From: Anaerolineae bacterium
Lineage (GTDB): Bacteria > Chloroflexota > Anaerolineae > Anaerolineales > Villigracilaceae
Length of the DNA: 64,000 nucleotides
NCBI GenBank assembly: GCA_021324435.1
Contig: JAJPIZ010000038.1
Coordinates: 126,269-190,268, forward strand
Direction: 5' to 3'
Shown here in pieces: positions 18,056-26,861 of the stretch. Numbering within the stretch: position 1 is the first letter of the stretch; each line of letters starts with the position of its first letter. The position numbers and the translations under genes were made by a program. The notes under the pieces are model-generated. The model was not told the DNA's origin. It saw only the letters and a program-made list of their open reading frames with translations, and ran no database searches.

Positions 18056-18792
18056 TAGATCATTCCGAGCAATTTCAACGCCGCGCCGGCCAGCAACGCG
18101 AGGATGATGAGCCAGCGCAAAATATCCTGAACGGTCAAACTGGCGGTGTGCGACTGCGTTGCGCCGAGGTACGCGCTGGTTGCAAAAAGTTCCTCGCCGA
18201 TCAACGCTTCGGGCGCGGACGCATACAAGGCGGCCTGCGACGAAAGATCATCGCTGGCCCCCACCAAAAAAGCGTTCTCGCGTTCAGCGGCATCAGCCAA
18301 TAACGCGGCCTCCACGCCGAAGTGACCGATCAACACACTGGCCGAAACGCTTTCATCGCGCAGGATGGGCATGGCGCCTGCCGCAAACGAAAACGGGGTC
18401 ATGCCCGTTAATCGTCCCGTGGTGGGTTGGTAATATTCGCCCGCGCCCGCGGCCTGATACCCGGCCTCGAGCGTGTCTTGCGCGAGCAAAGCCAGAGATG
18501 CTTCACCTGCCGCGGCGATGGGCGGACGGTCGCTCAATGAGGTTCGTTCGGTGAGATGCCGCAACATGCCGAGACCTGATAACGGCGCGCCCGCGTTGGG
18601 CGTGATCAAACTCTCGCGGCCCAGCGCGATAAACAGCCGCGTCCCATCTTCGACGCTCAGGCCAAAGGCGCGATACAGGCGCGTCAGCGCCGGGATGGCA
18701 CGCAGTTTGACAGGCGATTTTCGTTTTGCAATGGAGAATAATAGAAGGAGCAGAGCAGAAAAGCCGACGAGGCCAAGCCCGATCAGGTTCAT
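18055..18792 (-). CDS. membrane protein (245 aa) with N- and C-terminal TM helices
   Basis: MNLIGLGLVGFSALLLLLF... and ...ILRWLIILALLAGAALKLLGMI. ATGA overlap with the upstream gene. Confidence 0.6.
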   Translation of the reverse strand: MNLIGLGLVGFSALLLLLFSIAKRKSPVKLRAIPALTRLYRAFGLSVEDGTRLFIALGRESLITPNAGAPLSGLGMLRHLTERTSLSDRPPIAAAGEASLALLAQDTLEAGYQAAGAGEYYQPTTGRLTGMTPFSFAAGAMPILRDESVSASVLIGHFGVEAALLADAAERENAFLVGASDDLSSQAALYASAPEALIGEELFATSAYLGATQSHTASLTVQDILRWLIILALLAGAALKLLGMI

Positions 18793-19028
18793 GAGTCCGC
18801 TCCCGGGTCCAGAAAGGATGCGAAGGCGCGGGTCTCATCATCTGACTCAAGCGTGCGGGCCAATGCGTCCGCGCTTTCGCCGAGAAACGGACGTCCCGCG
18901 TACAGCAGTTGAGCAGAGAGCAAAGCCAGCGGCCTGCCTGCATCAAGGAGCCATGAGGCCAGTCCATCGAGTTGGTAACGGCGCAGAGTCTCAGCCCACC
19001 TCGACCAGTGTTCGCGCGGCGATTTCAT
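18789..19028 (-). CDS. small soluble hypothetical protein (79 aa), first gene of the operon
   Basis: ATG at 19028 (MKSPREHWSRW...). The longer 19121 start runs into the palindromic repeat. Confidence 0.45.
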   Translation of the reverse strand: MKSPREHWSRWAETLRRYQLDGLASWLLDAGRPLALLSAQLLYAGRPFLGESADALARTLESDDETRAFASFLDPGADS

Positions 19029-19116
19029 GCGCAAAAGTATAGCATATTTTGATTCTGAGCCGCCACATAAGAAATGACCAGAATTGCAGATAGATTGCAG
19101 ATCTAAAAATATCCAT

Positions 19117-19250
19117 GTCATTCTGAGCCGCTGGTGGTCGAGTAGCCGCGGGCAAAGCGAGCGGCATACGAGACCAGGCGGCGAAGAATCTCATCTTGGG
19201 ATGAAGAGGAAGATTCTTCGCTCCCCGCGTAGCGGGTCGCTCAGAATGAC
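19117..19250. repeat. 134-bp nested palindromic element (GTCATTCTGAG family), copy 2
   Basis: GTCATTCTGAGC...CGAAGAATCTC...AGATTCTTCG...GCTCAGAATGAC lies in the divergent intergenic region. Confidence 0.8.
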
Positions 19251-19295
19251 AAGGTCCGCCATAGTATAATTTCAGCGAATTCACCCGCGGAGGAA

Positions 19296-19700
19296 ATGAT
19301 GACCGATAAAAAAATCCGTGTGCTGGTGGCCAAGCCCGGCCTCGACGGGCATGACCGCGGCGCGAAAGTGGTGGCGCGCGCCCTGCGCGATGCCGGCATG
19401 GAAGTGATTTACACCGGCCTGCGCCAAACCCCCGAGATGATCGCCGAGGCGGCTCTGCAGGAAGATGTGGATGTGGTGGGACTTTCGATTCTATCGGGCG
19501 CGCACATGGCGCTCGCGCCGCGCATCATGGAATTGCTCAAGGCCAATGGCCAGACTCACGTCAAAGTATTCATCGGCGGGATCGTGCCGGATGAAGACAT
19601 CCCGCGGCTGATGGAGATCGGCATTACGGGCGTGTATGGGCCGGGAGCCTCGACGGAAGATATTGTCAAAGAAATTCGGAGCGCGATAAAGGGAAAATAA
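19296..19700 (+). CDS. methylmalonyl-CoA-mutase-type cobalamin-binding small subunit/domain
   Basis: [36 protein letters not shown] carries the DxHxxG B12-binding signature. Confidence 0.9.
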   Translation: MMTDKKIRVLVAKPGLDGHDRGAKVVARALRDAGMEVIYTGLRQTPEMIAEAALQEDVDVVGLSILSGAHMALAPRIMELLKANGQTHVKVFIGGIVPDEDIPRLMEIGITGVYGPGASTEDIVKEIRSAIKGK

Positions 19701-19753
19701 CCACGGATGAACGCTGATGTTTGGTATCAGCGTTCTTTTGTGGCGACGAATGT

Positions 19754-20773
19754 ATGAGCCTCGCAGATTCAGTTCTCACTGGTGATCGTCTTTCATTAGC
19801 GCGGGTGTTGACCCAGGTCGAAAACGACACGCCCGATGGCCGCGCCGCGCTGGATGCGTTGTTCCCGCACACGGGCAAGGCGCATCTCATCGGCGTGACC
19901 GGCGCGCCGGGCACGGGCAAATCGTCGCTGGTCAATCAACTGGCTCTGCATTTCCGCAAACAAAATAAACGCGTGGCGATTGTGGCTGTTGATCCGTCGA
20001 GTCCGTTCACGGGCGGCGCAGTGCTCGGCGACCGGGTCCGCATGAAGGATTTGAGCGGCGACGCGGGCGTCTTCATCCGTTCGATGGCGACGCGCGGCTC
20101 GCTCGGTGGATTGGCGCAAGCCACCGCGGGCGTGGTGCAAGTCTTCGACGCGGCGGGCTACGATGTGATCATGATCGAAACGGTCGGCGCGGGACAAAGT
20201 GAAGTGGACATCGCCCGATTGGCCCATACCACGCTGGTGGTCGAAGCGCCCGGCCTCGGCGACGACATTCAGGCCATCAAAGCCGGCATCCTTGAAATCG
20301 CAGATATTCTTGTTGTGAACAAAGCGGATCGTCCCGGCGTGGAAAACACGGAGAAGGCGTTGAAGTCCATGCTGGATATGGCGCACCCAACACAGAGAGT
20401 TTATTTGCATCATGGGACCCCCCTCGTCCCTTCGGGACACTCCCCCCAAGTTCAAAGAACTTGGGGGGAGATGGAGGGGGGCTGGATCCCGCCAATTCTC
20501 AAAACCGTCGCGACCGAGGGAAAGGGAATCGCCGAACTCATCGAACAGATCGAGAAACACGCCGCGCATTTACACGTCAGCGGGGATTGGGCCGCTCGTG
20601 AGCGCGCCCGCCTCGAGTCCGAGCTGGAAGCGGCGCTCCAGGAAACGTTGATGAGTCAATTCCGAGAGCGCGTTTCCGATCAACAATATAATGAAGTCAT
20701 GCGTCAGGTGTTTGAACGAAGCTTGTCGCCGGGCGAGGCGGTGAAAAAGTTGACGAATGGGAGGGCCAAGTGA
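19754..20773 (+). CDS. meaB: MeaB/ArgK G3E-family GTPase (mutase chaperone)
   Basis: P-loop GVTGAPGTGKSS, ETVGAGQSE, VVNKAD. The ORF opens at 19721; ATG 19754 (MSLADSV) is preferred. Confidence 0.9.
   Translation: MSLADSVLTGDRLSLARVLTQVENDTPDGRAALDALFPHTGKAHLIGVTGAPGTGKSSLVNQLALHFRKQNKRVAIVAVDPSSPFTGGAVLGDRVRMKDLSGDAGVFIRSMATRGSLGGLAQATAGVVQVFDAAGYDVIMIETVGAGQSEVDIARLAHTTLVVEAPGLGDDIQAIKAGILEIADILVVNKADRPGVENTEKALKSMLDMAHPTQRVYLHHGTPLVPSGHSPQVQRTWGEMEGGWIPPILKTVATEGKGIAELIEQIEKHAAHLHVSGDWAARERARLESELEAALQETLMSQFRERVSDQQYNEVMRQVFERSLSPGEAVKKLTNGRAK
20417..20482. repeat. GC-rich nested palindrome inserted in frame in meaB
   Basis: CCCCCCTC..CTCCCCCCAAGTT-caaag-AACTTGGGGGGAG..GAGGGGGG encodes TPLVPSGHSPQVQRTWGEMEGG. 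Confidence 0.75.
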
Positions 20774-21318
20774 TCTACGGCAAACGCGTTCGATTGCGCG
20801 GCGTCGAGAAGGCCGATGTCCCGAAATTTTATGAATGGATCAACGATCCTGATGTGACGGATGGGCTGGCCGTCTATTTGCCGTTTTCGATGCAAGATGA
20901 AGAAAAATGGCTGGAGAGCATCGGGAGCCGCGAGCAGGCGGAAAAACCGCTGGCGATTGAGATGCGCGAGGGCAGGGGCTGGAGACTAATCGGCAATTGC
21001 AGTTTCTTCCACATCGAGTGGACGAACCGCGCCGCCGAATTTGGAATCATGATCGGCGACAAGTCCATTTGGAATAAGGGGTATGGCACTGAAACGGTGG
21101 AGTTGATTTTGCAACATGGGTTTGATACATTGAATTTAAATCGCGTTTTCTTGAGAGTCTATTCATCGAACCCGCGCGCCAGGCGCGCTTATGAAAAGGC
21201 GGGGTTTGTATTCGAGGGAACGATGCGCGAGGCGGTGTATAAGCGCGGCAAATATGCCGATGTCCATTTTATGAGCGTCCTGCGTTCAGAGTGGGACGCG
21301 CGCAGGGAGAGCAGATGA
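20770..21318 (+). CDS. GNAT N-acetyltransferase (RimJ/RimL-like)
   Basis: GTG start overlaps the meaB stop (GTGA). Contains GYGTETVELILQHGFDTLNLNRVFLRVYSSNPRARRAYEKAGF. Confidence 0.85.
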   Translation: MIYGKRVRLRGVEKADVPKFYEWINDPDVTDGLAVYLPFSMQDEEKWLESIGSREQAEKPLAIEMREGRGWRLIGNCSFFHIEWTNRAAEFGIMIGDKSIWNKGYGTETVELILQHGFDTLNLNRVFLRVYSSNPRARRAYEKAGFVFEGTMREAVYKRGKYADVHFMSVLRSEWDARRESR

Positions 21319-22310
21319 GCACTCACAGTCATATTCACGAAATGAAAGTGTATGGGGAGATCAAGCTGTACGCGGGGACCGGCTCGCCGGAACTGGCCGA
21401 GAAGATCGCCAGTTATCTGAACACGCCGATCTGCAAACACGAGATGATCGAGTTCCCCAACGAGAACCTTTTTATCAAACTCAATCAAAGCGTACGCGGG
21501 CAGGATGTGTACGTCATCCAACAGACCGCCTCGCCTGTGCATCGCAACTTGATGGAATTGTTGATTACCATTCAGACTTTGAGATTGGATTCCGCGGCGC
21601 GCATCACGGCAGTCGTACCATATCTCGCCTACGGACGGTCGGATAAAAAGGATCAGCCGCGTGTACCGATCACCGGGCGGCTGGTGGCGGATATGATCGA
21701 AGTGGCAGGTGCGGATCGCTACATGACCCTCGACCCGCATGCCGGACAAATCCAGGGCTTCTTCTCCATCCCCGGCGACGTGTTGACCGCCTCGCATATG
21801 ATCATTGGACACATCAATACCAGCATCCGCTCGAAGATGAAAAACCCGGTCGTGGTCGCGACCGATCTTGGTTTCGCCAAGAAGGCGCGTAACTACGCGG
21901 CAGACATGGACATGCCGGTGGCTTTCGTTGAAAAGCGCCGCTCCGACAACGACGCCAAAGCAGAAGCCCTGACCTTGATCGGCGACGTGAAGGATTGTGA
22001 TGTACTGATCGTGGACGACGAAGTGGACACGGGCGGTTCCATCGCGCAGGCGGTGAATGTGGTCAAGCAAAACGGCGCGCTGGACGTGTATCTGGCCTTC
22101 GTCCACCCGATTCTCTCGCGGGATGCCGCAGAGAAATTGGCAAGTCTGCCGATCAAGCACATTATCACCACCGACACGGTGCCGATTCCCGAAGAGAAGA
22201 TGAAATATTTGAAAGATCACATTACCATTCTCTCCGTTGCCGAACTACTGGGCGAAGTGATTCGACGCGCTCACGAGGGAAGAAGCGTTGGAGAGATGTT
22301 CAACGAGTGA
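21315..22310 (+). CDS. prs: ribose-phosphate pyrophosphokinase
   Basis: ATGA overlap with the GNAT gene. Contains VVPYLAYGRSDKK and the PRPP loop VLIVDDEVDTGGS. Confidence 0.9.
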   Translation: MSTHSHIHEMKVYGEIKLYAGTGSPELAEKIASYLNTPICKHEMIEFPNENLFIKLNQSVRGQDVYVIQQTASPVHRNLMELLITIQTLRLDSAARITAVVPYLAYGRSDKKDQPRVPITGRLVADMIEVAGADRYMTLDPHAGQIQGFFSIPGDVLTASHMIIGHINTSIRSKMKNPVVVATDLGFAKKARNYAADMDMPVAFVEKRRSDNDAKAEALTLIGDVKDCDVLIVDDEVDTGGSIAQAVNVVKQNGALDVYLAFVHPILSRDAAEKLASLPIKHIITTDTVPIPEEKMKYLKDHITILSVAELLGEVIRRAHEGRSVGEMFNE

Positions 22311-22389
22311 AGAGTGCTACTGTGTCACGTATCAGGTATCAAGTGATATAGCGACTTGACACGTGGCACTTGGCACCTGACATTTGCAT

Positions 22390-23226
22390 ATGCCTGAACT
22401 TCCAGAAGTCGAGACTATTGCGCGGGCTTTGCGTCCGCAACTGCTCGGTCAGACCATCCTCGAGGCCGACGTCCGCTGGGCGCGCACGGTGGCAACGCCA
22501 TCGGCAAAGACGTTCAAAGAGCTGGTCAAAGGCCAGCAGATCAAGGATGTATCGCGTCGTGCAAAATTCCTGAACATCCAACTTTCAAACTATAATTTAT
22601 TCATTCACCTCCGCATGAGCGGGGATGTGTTAATCAGACAAGAGAAAGCCAAACCAGAGAAGCATGATCGGTTGATTCTTTTCCTCGCCCCTTCCTCCTC
22701 GCCCCTGGGGAGAGGAGCTATGGCGAGGAAGAAATTCCTTGTCTTCAACGATCCGCGCAAGTTCGGGCGCGTGTGGCTGACCAAAAACATCGAAGATGTG
22801 ATCGGCGATCTCGGACCAGAGCCGCTCAGCAAAAACTTTACTCCTCAATGGTTGCATGATGCTCTCCAATCACGCCATCGTCAACTTAAGCCATTGCTTC
22901 TCGACCAACGTTTTGTCGCCGGCCTCGGCAACATCTACACCGACGAAGCCCTGCACATGGCAAAATTGCATCCGCTGGCCCTCTCGGATTCGGTCACAAT
23001 CAAAAAGGCCGAGAAATTACACACAGCCATTCAATCCGTTTTGCAGGAGGGCATTCGCCGCAACGGCGCCAGCATTGACTGGGTCTATCGCGGCGGCGAG
23101 TTCCAAAATCATTTTCGCGTCTATGGCCGCGACGGCGAGGCTTGTCCCGTTTGCGGAACGATCATCCAAAGAATCGTCGTCGGCCAGCGCGGCACACATT
23201 TCTGTCCGCATTGTCAAAGGGAGTAA
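22390..23226 (+). CDS. mutM: formamidopyrimidine-DNA glycosylase
   Basis: MPELPEVE N terminus (catalytic Pro2), NDPRKFG, and the zinc finger CPVCGTIIQRIVVGQRGTHFCPHCQ. Confidence 0.92.
   Translation: MPELPEVETIARALRPQLLGQTILEADVRWARTVATPSAKTFKELVKGQQIKDVSRRAKFLNIQLSNYNLFIHLRMSGDVLIRQEKAKPEKHDRLILFLAPSSSPLGRGAMARKKFLVFNDPRKFGRVWLTKNIEDVIGDLGPEPLSKNFTPQWLHDALQSRHRQLKPLLLDQRFVAGLGNIYTDEALHMAKLHPLALSDSVTIKKAEKLHTAIQSVLQEGIRRNGASIDWVYRGGEFQNHFRVYGRDGEACPVCGTIIQRIVVGQRGTHFCPHCQRE
22681..22730. repeat. GC-rich nested palindrome inserted in frame in mutM
   Basis: TTCCTCGCC-CCTTCCTCCTC-GCCCCTGGGG-AGAGGAG-ctat-GGCGAGGAA encodes FLAPSSSPLGRGAMARK. Confidence 0.7.
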
Positions 23227-23229
23227 GAC

Positions 23230-23943
23230 ATGCAGATCACTCTCAATATAGCCATTGCGATTTTGATCGGGATTGCCATCTTCATCATCGGAGATGTAGC
23301 CGGCCTGTTCGAAGGGCGCAGTCAGGGTTACAAAAAACGCAAGAAGGAAGAGGCCGAGGAGCAAAGGGCCAAATCCGTTATGCCCGTACCGCTCCCACCT
23401 CCCAGCCCATTGGTTGACAACAGCCTGCTCAAACTCAGCCTCGATGAAAAAAATCAACTGCGTCTCGATCTCGACGGTCAGCGTATGGATACATCACAAC
23501 TCACGCCGGAGCAACGCAAGCGTTTGATTGATTTGATGGTGATGATGCGGCCATGGATAGAAGCCGCCCCCGCAAAACCGACCGCGTCTCCGATAGCGAC
23601 ACAAACACCATCCGTTTCGAGGACGATGCAGACTCCGCCGATAGCGGCTTCTATCCCTCCGCCTAAGTCAACGTTCAGTGCGGCCGCGCCCGCCATCCCG
23701 TCGAAGGAAGAGGCGGCGCCCACATCCATGGTCGGGCAGATTGACGTCATCCTTCAAAGAATGTTGATCGGCACGCCGTTGGCGAATCTTGGAGTGAGGC
23801 TGGTCGAATCATCGCAGGGAACAGTGACCGTTATGGTGGGAACGAAACAATATATGGGAGTCGGCGACGTGCCCGACCCGCAAGTACAAGCGGCCATTCG
23901 GGCGGCCATCGCAGAATGGGAAAAGAAATACACGCCAGGTTGA
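23230..23943 (+). CDS. hypothetical membrane-anchored protein (237 aa)
   Basis: N-terminal TM helix ITLNIAIAILIGIAIFIIG, then a Lys/Glu-rich segment and a Pro-rich linker. The gene starts 3 nt after the mutM stop. Confidence 0.55.
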   Translation: MQITLNIAIAILIGIAIFIIGDVAGLFEGRSQGYKKRKKEEAEEQRAKSVMPVPLPPPSPLVDNSLLKLSLDEKNQLRLDLDGQRMDTSQLTPEQRKRLIDLMVMMRPWIEAAPAKPTASPIATQTPSVSRTMQTPPIAASIPPPKSTFSAAAPAIPSKEEAAPTSMVGQIDVILQRMLIGTPLANLGVRLVESSQGTVTVMVGTKQYMGVGDVPDPQVQAAIRAAIAEWEKKYTPG

Positions 23944-23949
23944 TAAATG

Positions 23950-23985
23950 ATCAGAGACTGACAATTGCCAGTCTCTGATTTTTAT
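23950..23985. terminator. bidirectional terminator between convergent genes
   Basis: ATCAGAGACTG-acaattgc-CAGTCTCTGATTTTTAT. Confidence 0.7.
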
Positions 23986-23997
23986 TTCAATGCCGCC

Positions 23998-24702
23998 TCA
24001 CGGCACGATGATCGTGATATACATCGGACAGAAAAGCGTCTGACCAACTTGAAGCGACCAAGCAGATGTGTATGTCCCTGCTCCTGCAGGAGCAGTCATG
24101 GAAAGAGTCACAACATACGAACTGCCAACCGCGGTGTTGGATGTTGTATCGAATCGATTTGCCGAAGCGAGGTTCGTGCCGGAATTGAAAACAATATCAA
24201 CTGAAGTAGAAAGCCAGGTTTGACTGCTTGTGTTCTTTACCGTCCAACTCATGCTGAAAGGCGTGCCTGGTGCAAAGTGAGTTGAGTTTGTTGGAGACTG
24301 GCTGGTTAACTGACAACTCCACGAACCCGTTGAACCTCCGCCGCCCCCGCCTCCTCCACCTCCGCCACCCCCGCCCCCGCTACTCTTTTTGGTGGGTATG
24401 GGAGTACGAGTTGGCGGAGGCTTGGTGGGCGTTTTGAGTTTGAAGATGAAGGTCGGCGTATCGGTAGGAGTGATCGTTGGCGTCTTCGTAGGCGGACGTG
24501 TCACCGACGGCGTCAACGTTGGCGGGATCAAGGCCGCGGTCTGTGTGGAAGCCGCCGCCGCGGTCTGAGCAACGATGGTGTTGATCATCCCTGGCTCGGA
24601 AGTAGGAATGGCTTGTTGCGGGGTAAAAGTAGAAACATCACAACTTAGCGCCACAAGCGCAGCGATCAACCCGAAATACACAGCGCGCTTTCGCGCATTC
24701 AT
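23998..24702 (-). CDS. lipoprotein with PT linker, 14-residue poly-Gly run and C-terminal Ig-like (NBR1/CARDB-like) domain
   Basis: Lipobox LVALSC. Contains SSGGGGGGGGGGGGGGST. The C-terminal domain is SWSCQL...FSMSWTVKNTSSQTW...GTYTSAWSL. Confidence 0.65.
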   Translation of the reverse strand: MNARKRAVYFGLIAALVALSCDVSTFTPQQAIPTSEPGMINTIVAQTAAAASTQTAALIPPTLTPSVTRPPTKTPTITPTDTPTFIFKLKTPTKPPPTRTPIPTKKSSGGGGGGGGGGGGGGGSTGSWSCQLTSQSPTNSTHFAPGTPFSMSWTVKNTSSQTWLSTSVDIVFNSGTNLASANRFDTTSNTAVGSSYVVTLSMTAPAGAGTYTSAWSLQVGQTLFCPMYITIIVP

Positions 24703-24852
24703 TCTACGAACTCCAATGGACTATCTGTCCACATATGCAAGATCATGCCAAGCCAGTCAAATATAGGAAGGTCTGCAATTCAATCGCCATTGCATCATAA
24801 TCTTAATCATCCAAAAGCGATGAACGCAGAACGACCGCACTGGGGAACTCTT

Positions 24853-25494
24853 CTACTTGACCTGAATATTCAGAGCAGGCCAGCACAGGCCGCCCTCGAC
24901 CTTGAATTGCATCCCGAAGAGTCCCTTTGTCATGGGAGCATTCGCGTCGAAGGAAATAGTCACACTATCTCCAGGGCTTAACGCTGGCAATTCCTGGCCA
25001 AGGAAAGTACTCATGATGGTACCGCTCACATAGTCGAGATCCTTGCCTGCTTCCCATTTTTTGGTGCCTGTGTTTGTAATGAGCCACTTGACGTCAATGG
25101 CATCACCCCGACTGAAGACATTCGTCCTGGGCTTGAGTTCGATCCAACTGCAAGCATACTGTGCAGGGACCGGAGCGCCTCCACCGCCACCCCCACCACT
25201 CGGAAATGGGGGGACGATCACAAACGTAGTCGCTGTTGCAAGAATGGGTGTGAGCGTTGGCACTGTTGCCGGGGTATCAGTCGGTGTGAATGTAGCGGTT
25301 GCGAGTGGTTGCACCGCGGCGGTTTGTGCGTTCTGCGCGGCGACAGTCATGGCAACCGATGTTGCAACCCGCGCTTGAATATCCTGAGTCGGAGCAACTT
25401 GTTGAGGCGCACAGGCGGCCAACAATATTGCCACCGCAAAAACAATGGTCATGGATTTCAGTACTGCTCGCAACGTGGTTTGTATCTTAACCAT
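24853..25494 (-). CDS. paralogous lipoprotein with poly-Gly run and Ig-like C-terminal domain
   Basis: ATG 25494 (MVKIQTT...) is preferred because the 25569 start overlaps kamA. Lipobox LLAAC. Contains SGGGGGGGAP and CSWIEL...IDVKWLITNTGTKKWE. Confidence 0.65.
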   Translation of the reverse strand: MVKIQTTLRAVLKSMTIVFAVAILLAACAPQQVAPTQDIQARVATSVAMTVAAQNAQTAAVQPLATATFTPTDTPATVPTLTPILATATTFVIVPPFPSGGGGGGGAPVPAQYACSWIELKPRTNVFSRGDAIDVKWLITNTGTKKWEAGKDLDYVSGTIMSTFLGQELPALSPGDSVTISFDANAPMTKGLFGMQFKVEGGLCWPALNIQVK

Positions 25495-25514
25495 GATTCT
25501 CTCCTTGACTTGAA

Positions 25515-26861
25515 TTACTCTTCTTCTTTTGGACCTGCATCGCCCGCGCCGATGCCCAACGGCTGCCATTTCTTTTCATCCTTCAAGCGGTGCTGAATAC
25601 CGTGGCGGTCATGCGTCTCATCAAAGCCAACAGGCTTGATGAACATGTCCTCGCCATCGAGCAGGCCGGTGATGCCGGTTTGACCCACTTCGGGCCGCTT
25701 GCTCTGGCAGAACTTGCAAGTCTTCGGGTCATGCATCTTGTAATCGGTTGGCTCTTCGTACGTCGTAACGTAGCCTTCGTAATTTCGTAGAATGATCTTG
25801 TGATCTGAAGCGCTGATTTGATAATTCGGCATAACGGGGATTTTGCCGCCGCCGCCCGGCGCGTCCACGATGAATTGAGGGACCGCGTAACCGGATGTAT
25901 GCCCGCGCAGGCCCTCGATGATTTCGATTCCTTTCGCGACGGGTGTGCGGAAATGTCCCGCGCCTTCCACCAGATCGCACTGATACAGATAATACGGACG
26001 GACGCGAATCCGCGTCAACTTCTGGACCAATTCGCGTTGGATATGAACACAGTCATTCACCCCCGCCAACAACACAGACTGATTTCCCAGCGGGATGCCG
26101 GCGCGCGTCATGCGGTCACAGGCTTCGGCCAATTCTTTGGTGATCTCGTTCGGGTGATTGACATGAATATTCAGCCATAGCGGGTGGAATTTGGCGAGCA
26201 TGTCGCACAATTCCTGCGTGATACGCATGGGCATGAAGACCGGCACGCGCGAGCCGATGCGGACAATTTCAATGTGCGGAATCTCGCGCAGGCGCGTCAG
26301 AATCTCTTCCAGAATTTTCGGGGCCAGCACGAGCGGGTCACCGCCGGATAGCAGAACGTCGCGCACCTGCGGAGTCCGTTTGAGATACTCGATCTGCATC
26401 TCGAATTCCTGGCGCGAGAAGGTCTGGCCGGGGTCGCCGACGATGCGCGAGCGCGTACAATAGCGGCAGTACGACGCGCATTGAGTCGTGACCAGCATGA
26501 GAACTCTATCCGGATACCGGTGAACAAGGCCCGGCACGGGAGAGTGGCGGTCTTCGGCCAGCGAGTCTTCCATCATGGCAGTGAAGGGCACCATCTCCGC
26601 ATCCGTCGGAATGACCTGCTTCCGCACCGGGTCGTCCGGATCGTTCGGGTCAATCAGCGAAATGAAATAGGGCGTGATATCCACACGGAACAAGCCGCTC
26701 GCATTCAAGGCTTTCTTCTCGGACTCGTTCAGCGGCAGGACTTTATCAATTTCTTCAACAGTATTGAGGCGATGACTCAACTGCCAGCGCCAGTCGTTCC
26801 ACTTTTCATCAGGAACGTCAGCATAGGCGGGAGCGCGTTTGGAAACAATAGGGGTAGGCAT
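25515..26861 (-). CDS. kamA: lysine 2,3-aminomutase (radical SAM)
   Basis: CASYCRYCTRS (CxxxCxxC) in KamA-type context: LLSGGDPL, VNHPNEIT, NQSVLLAGVND. Confidence 0.9.
   Translation of the reverse strand: MPTPIVSKRAPAYADVPDEKWNDWRWQLSHRLNTVEEIDKVLPLNESEKKALNASGLFRVDITPYFISLIDPNDPDDPVRKQVIPTDAEMVPFTAMMEDSLAEDRHSPVPGLVHRYPDRVLMLVTTQCASYCRYCTRSRIVGDPGQTFSRQEFEMQIEYLKRTPQVRDVLLSGGDPLVLAPKILEEILTRLREIPHIEIVRIGSRVPVFMPMRITQELCDMLAKFHPLWLNIHVNHPNEITKELAEACDRMTRAGIPLGNQSVLLAGVNDCVHIQRELVQKLTRIRVRPYYLYQCDLVEGAGHFRTPVAKGIEIIEGLRGHTSGYAVPQFIVDAPGGGGKIPVMPNYQISASDHKIILRNYEGYVTTYEEPTDYKMHDPKTCKFCQSKRPEVGQTGITGLLDGEDMFIKPVGFDETHDRHGIQHRLKDEKKWQPLGIGAGDAGPKEEE

Noticed and set aside
24340-24385. Poly-GGN tract as a possible assembly artefact or frameshift-prone pseudogene.
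   Set aside because: The frame is intact. A second paralogue has an analogous but shorter Gly run at the same architectural position.
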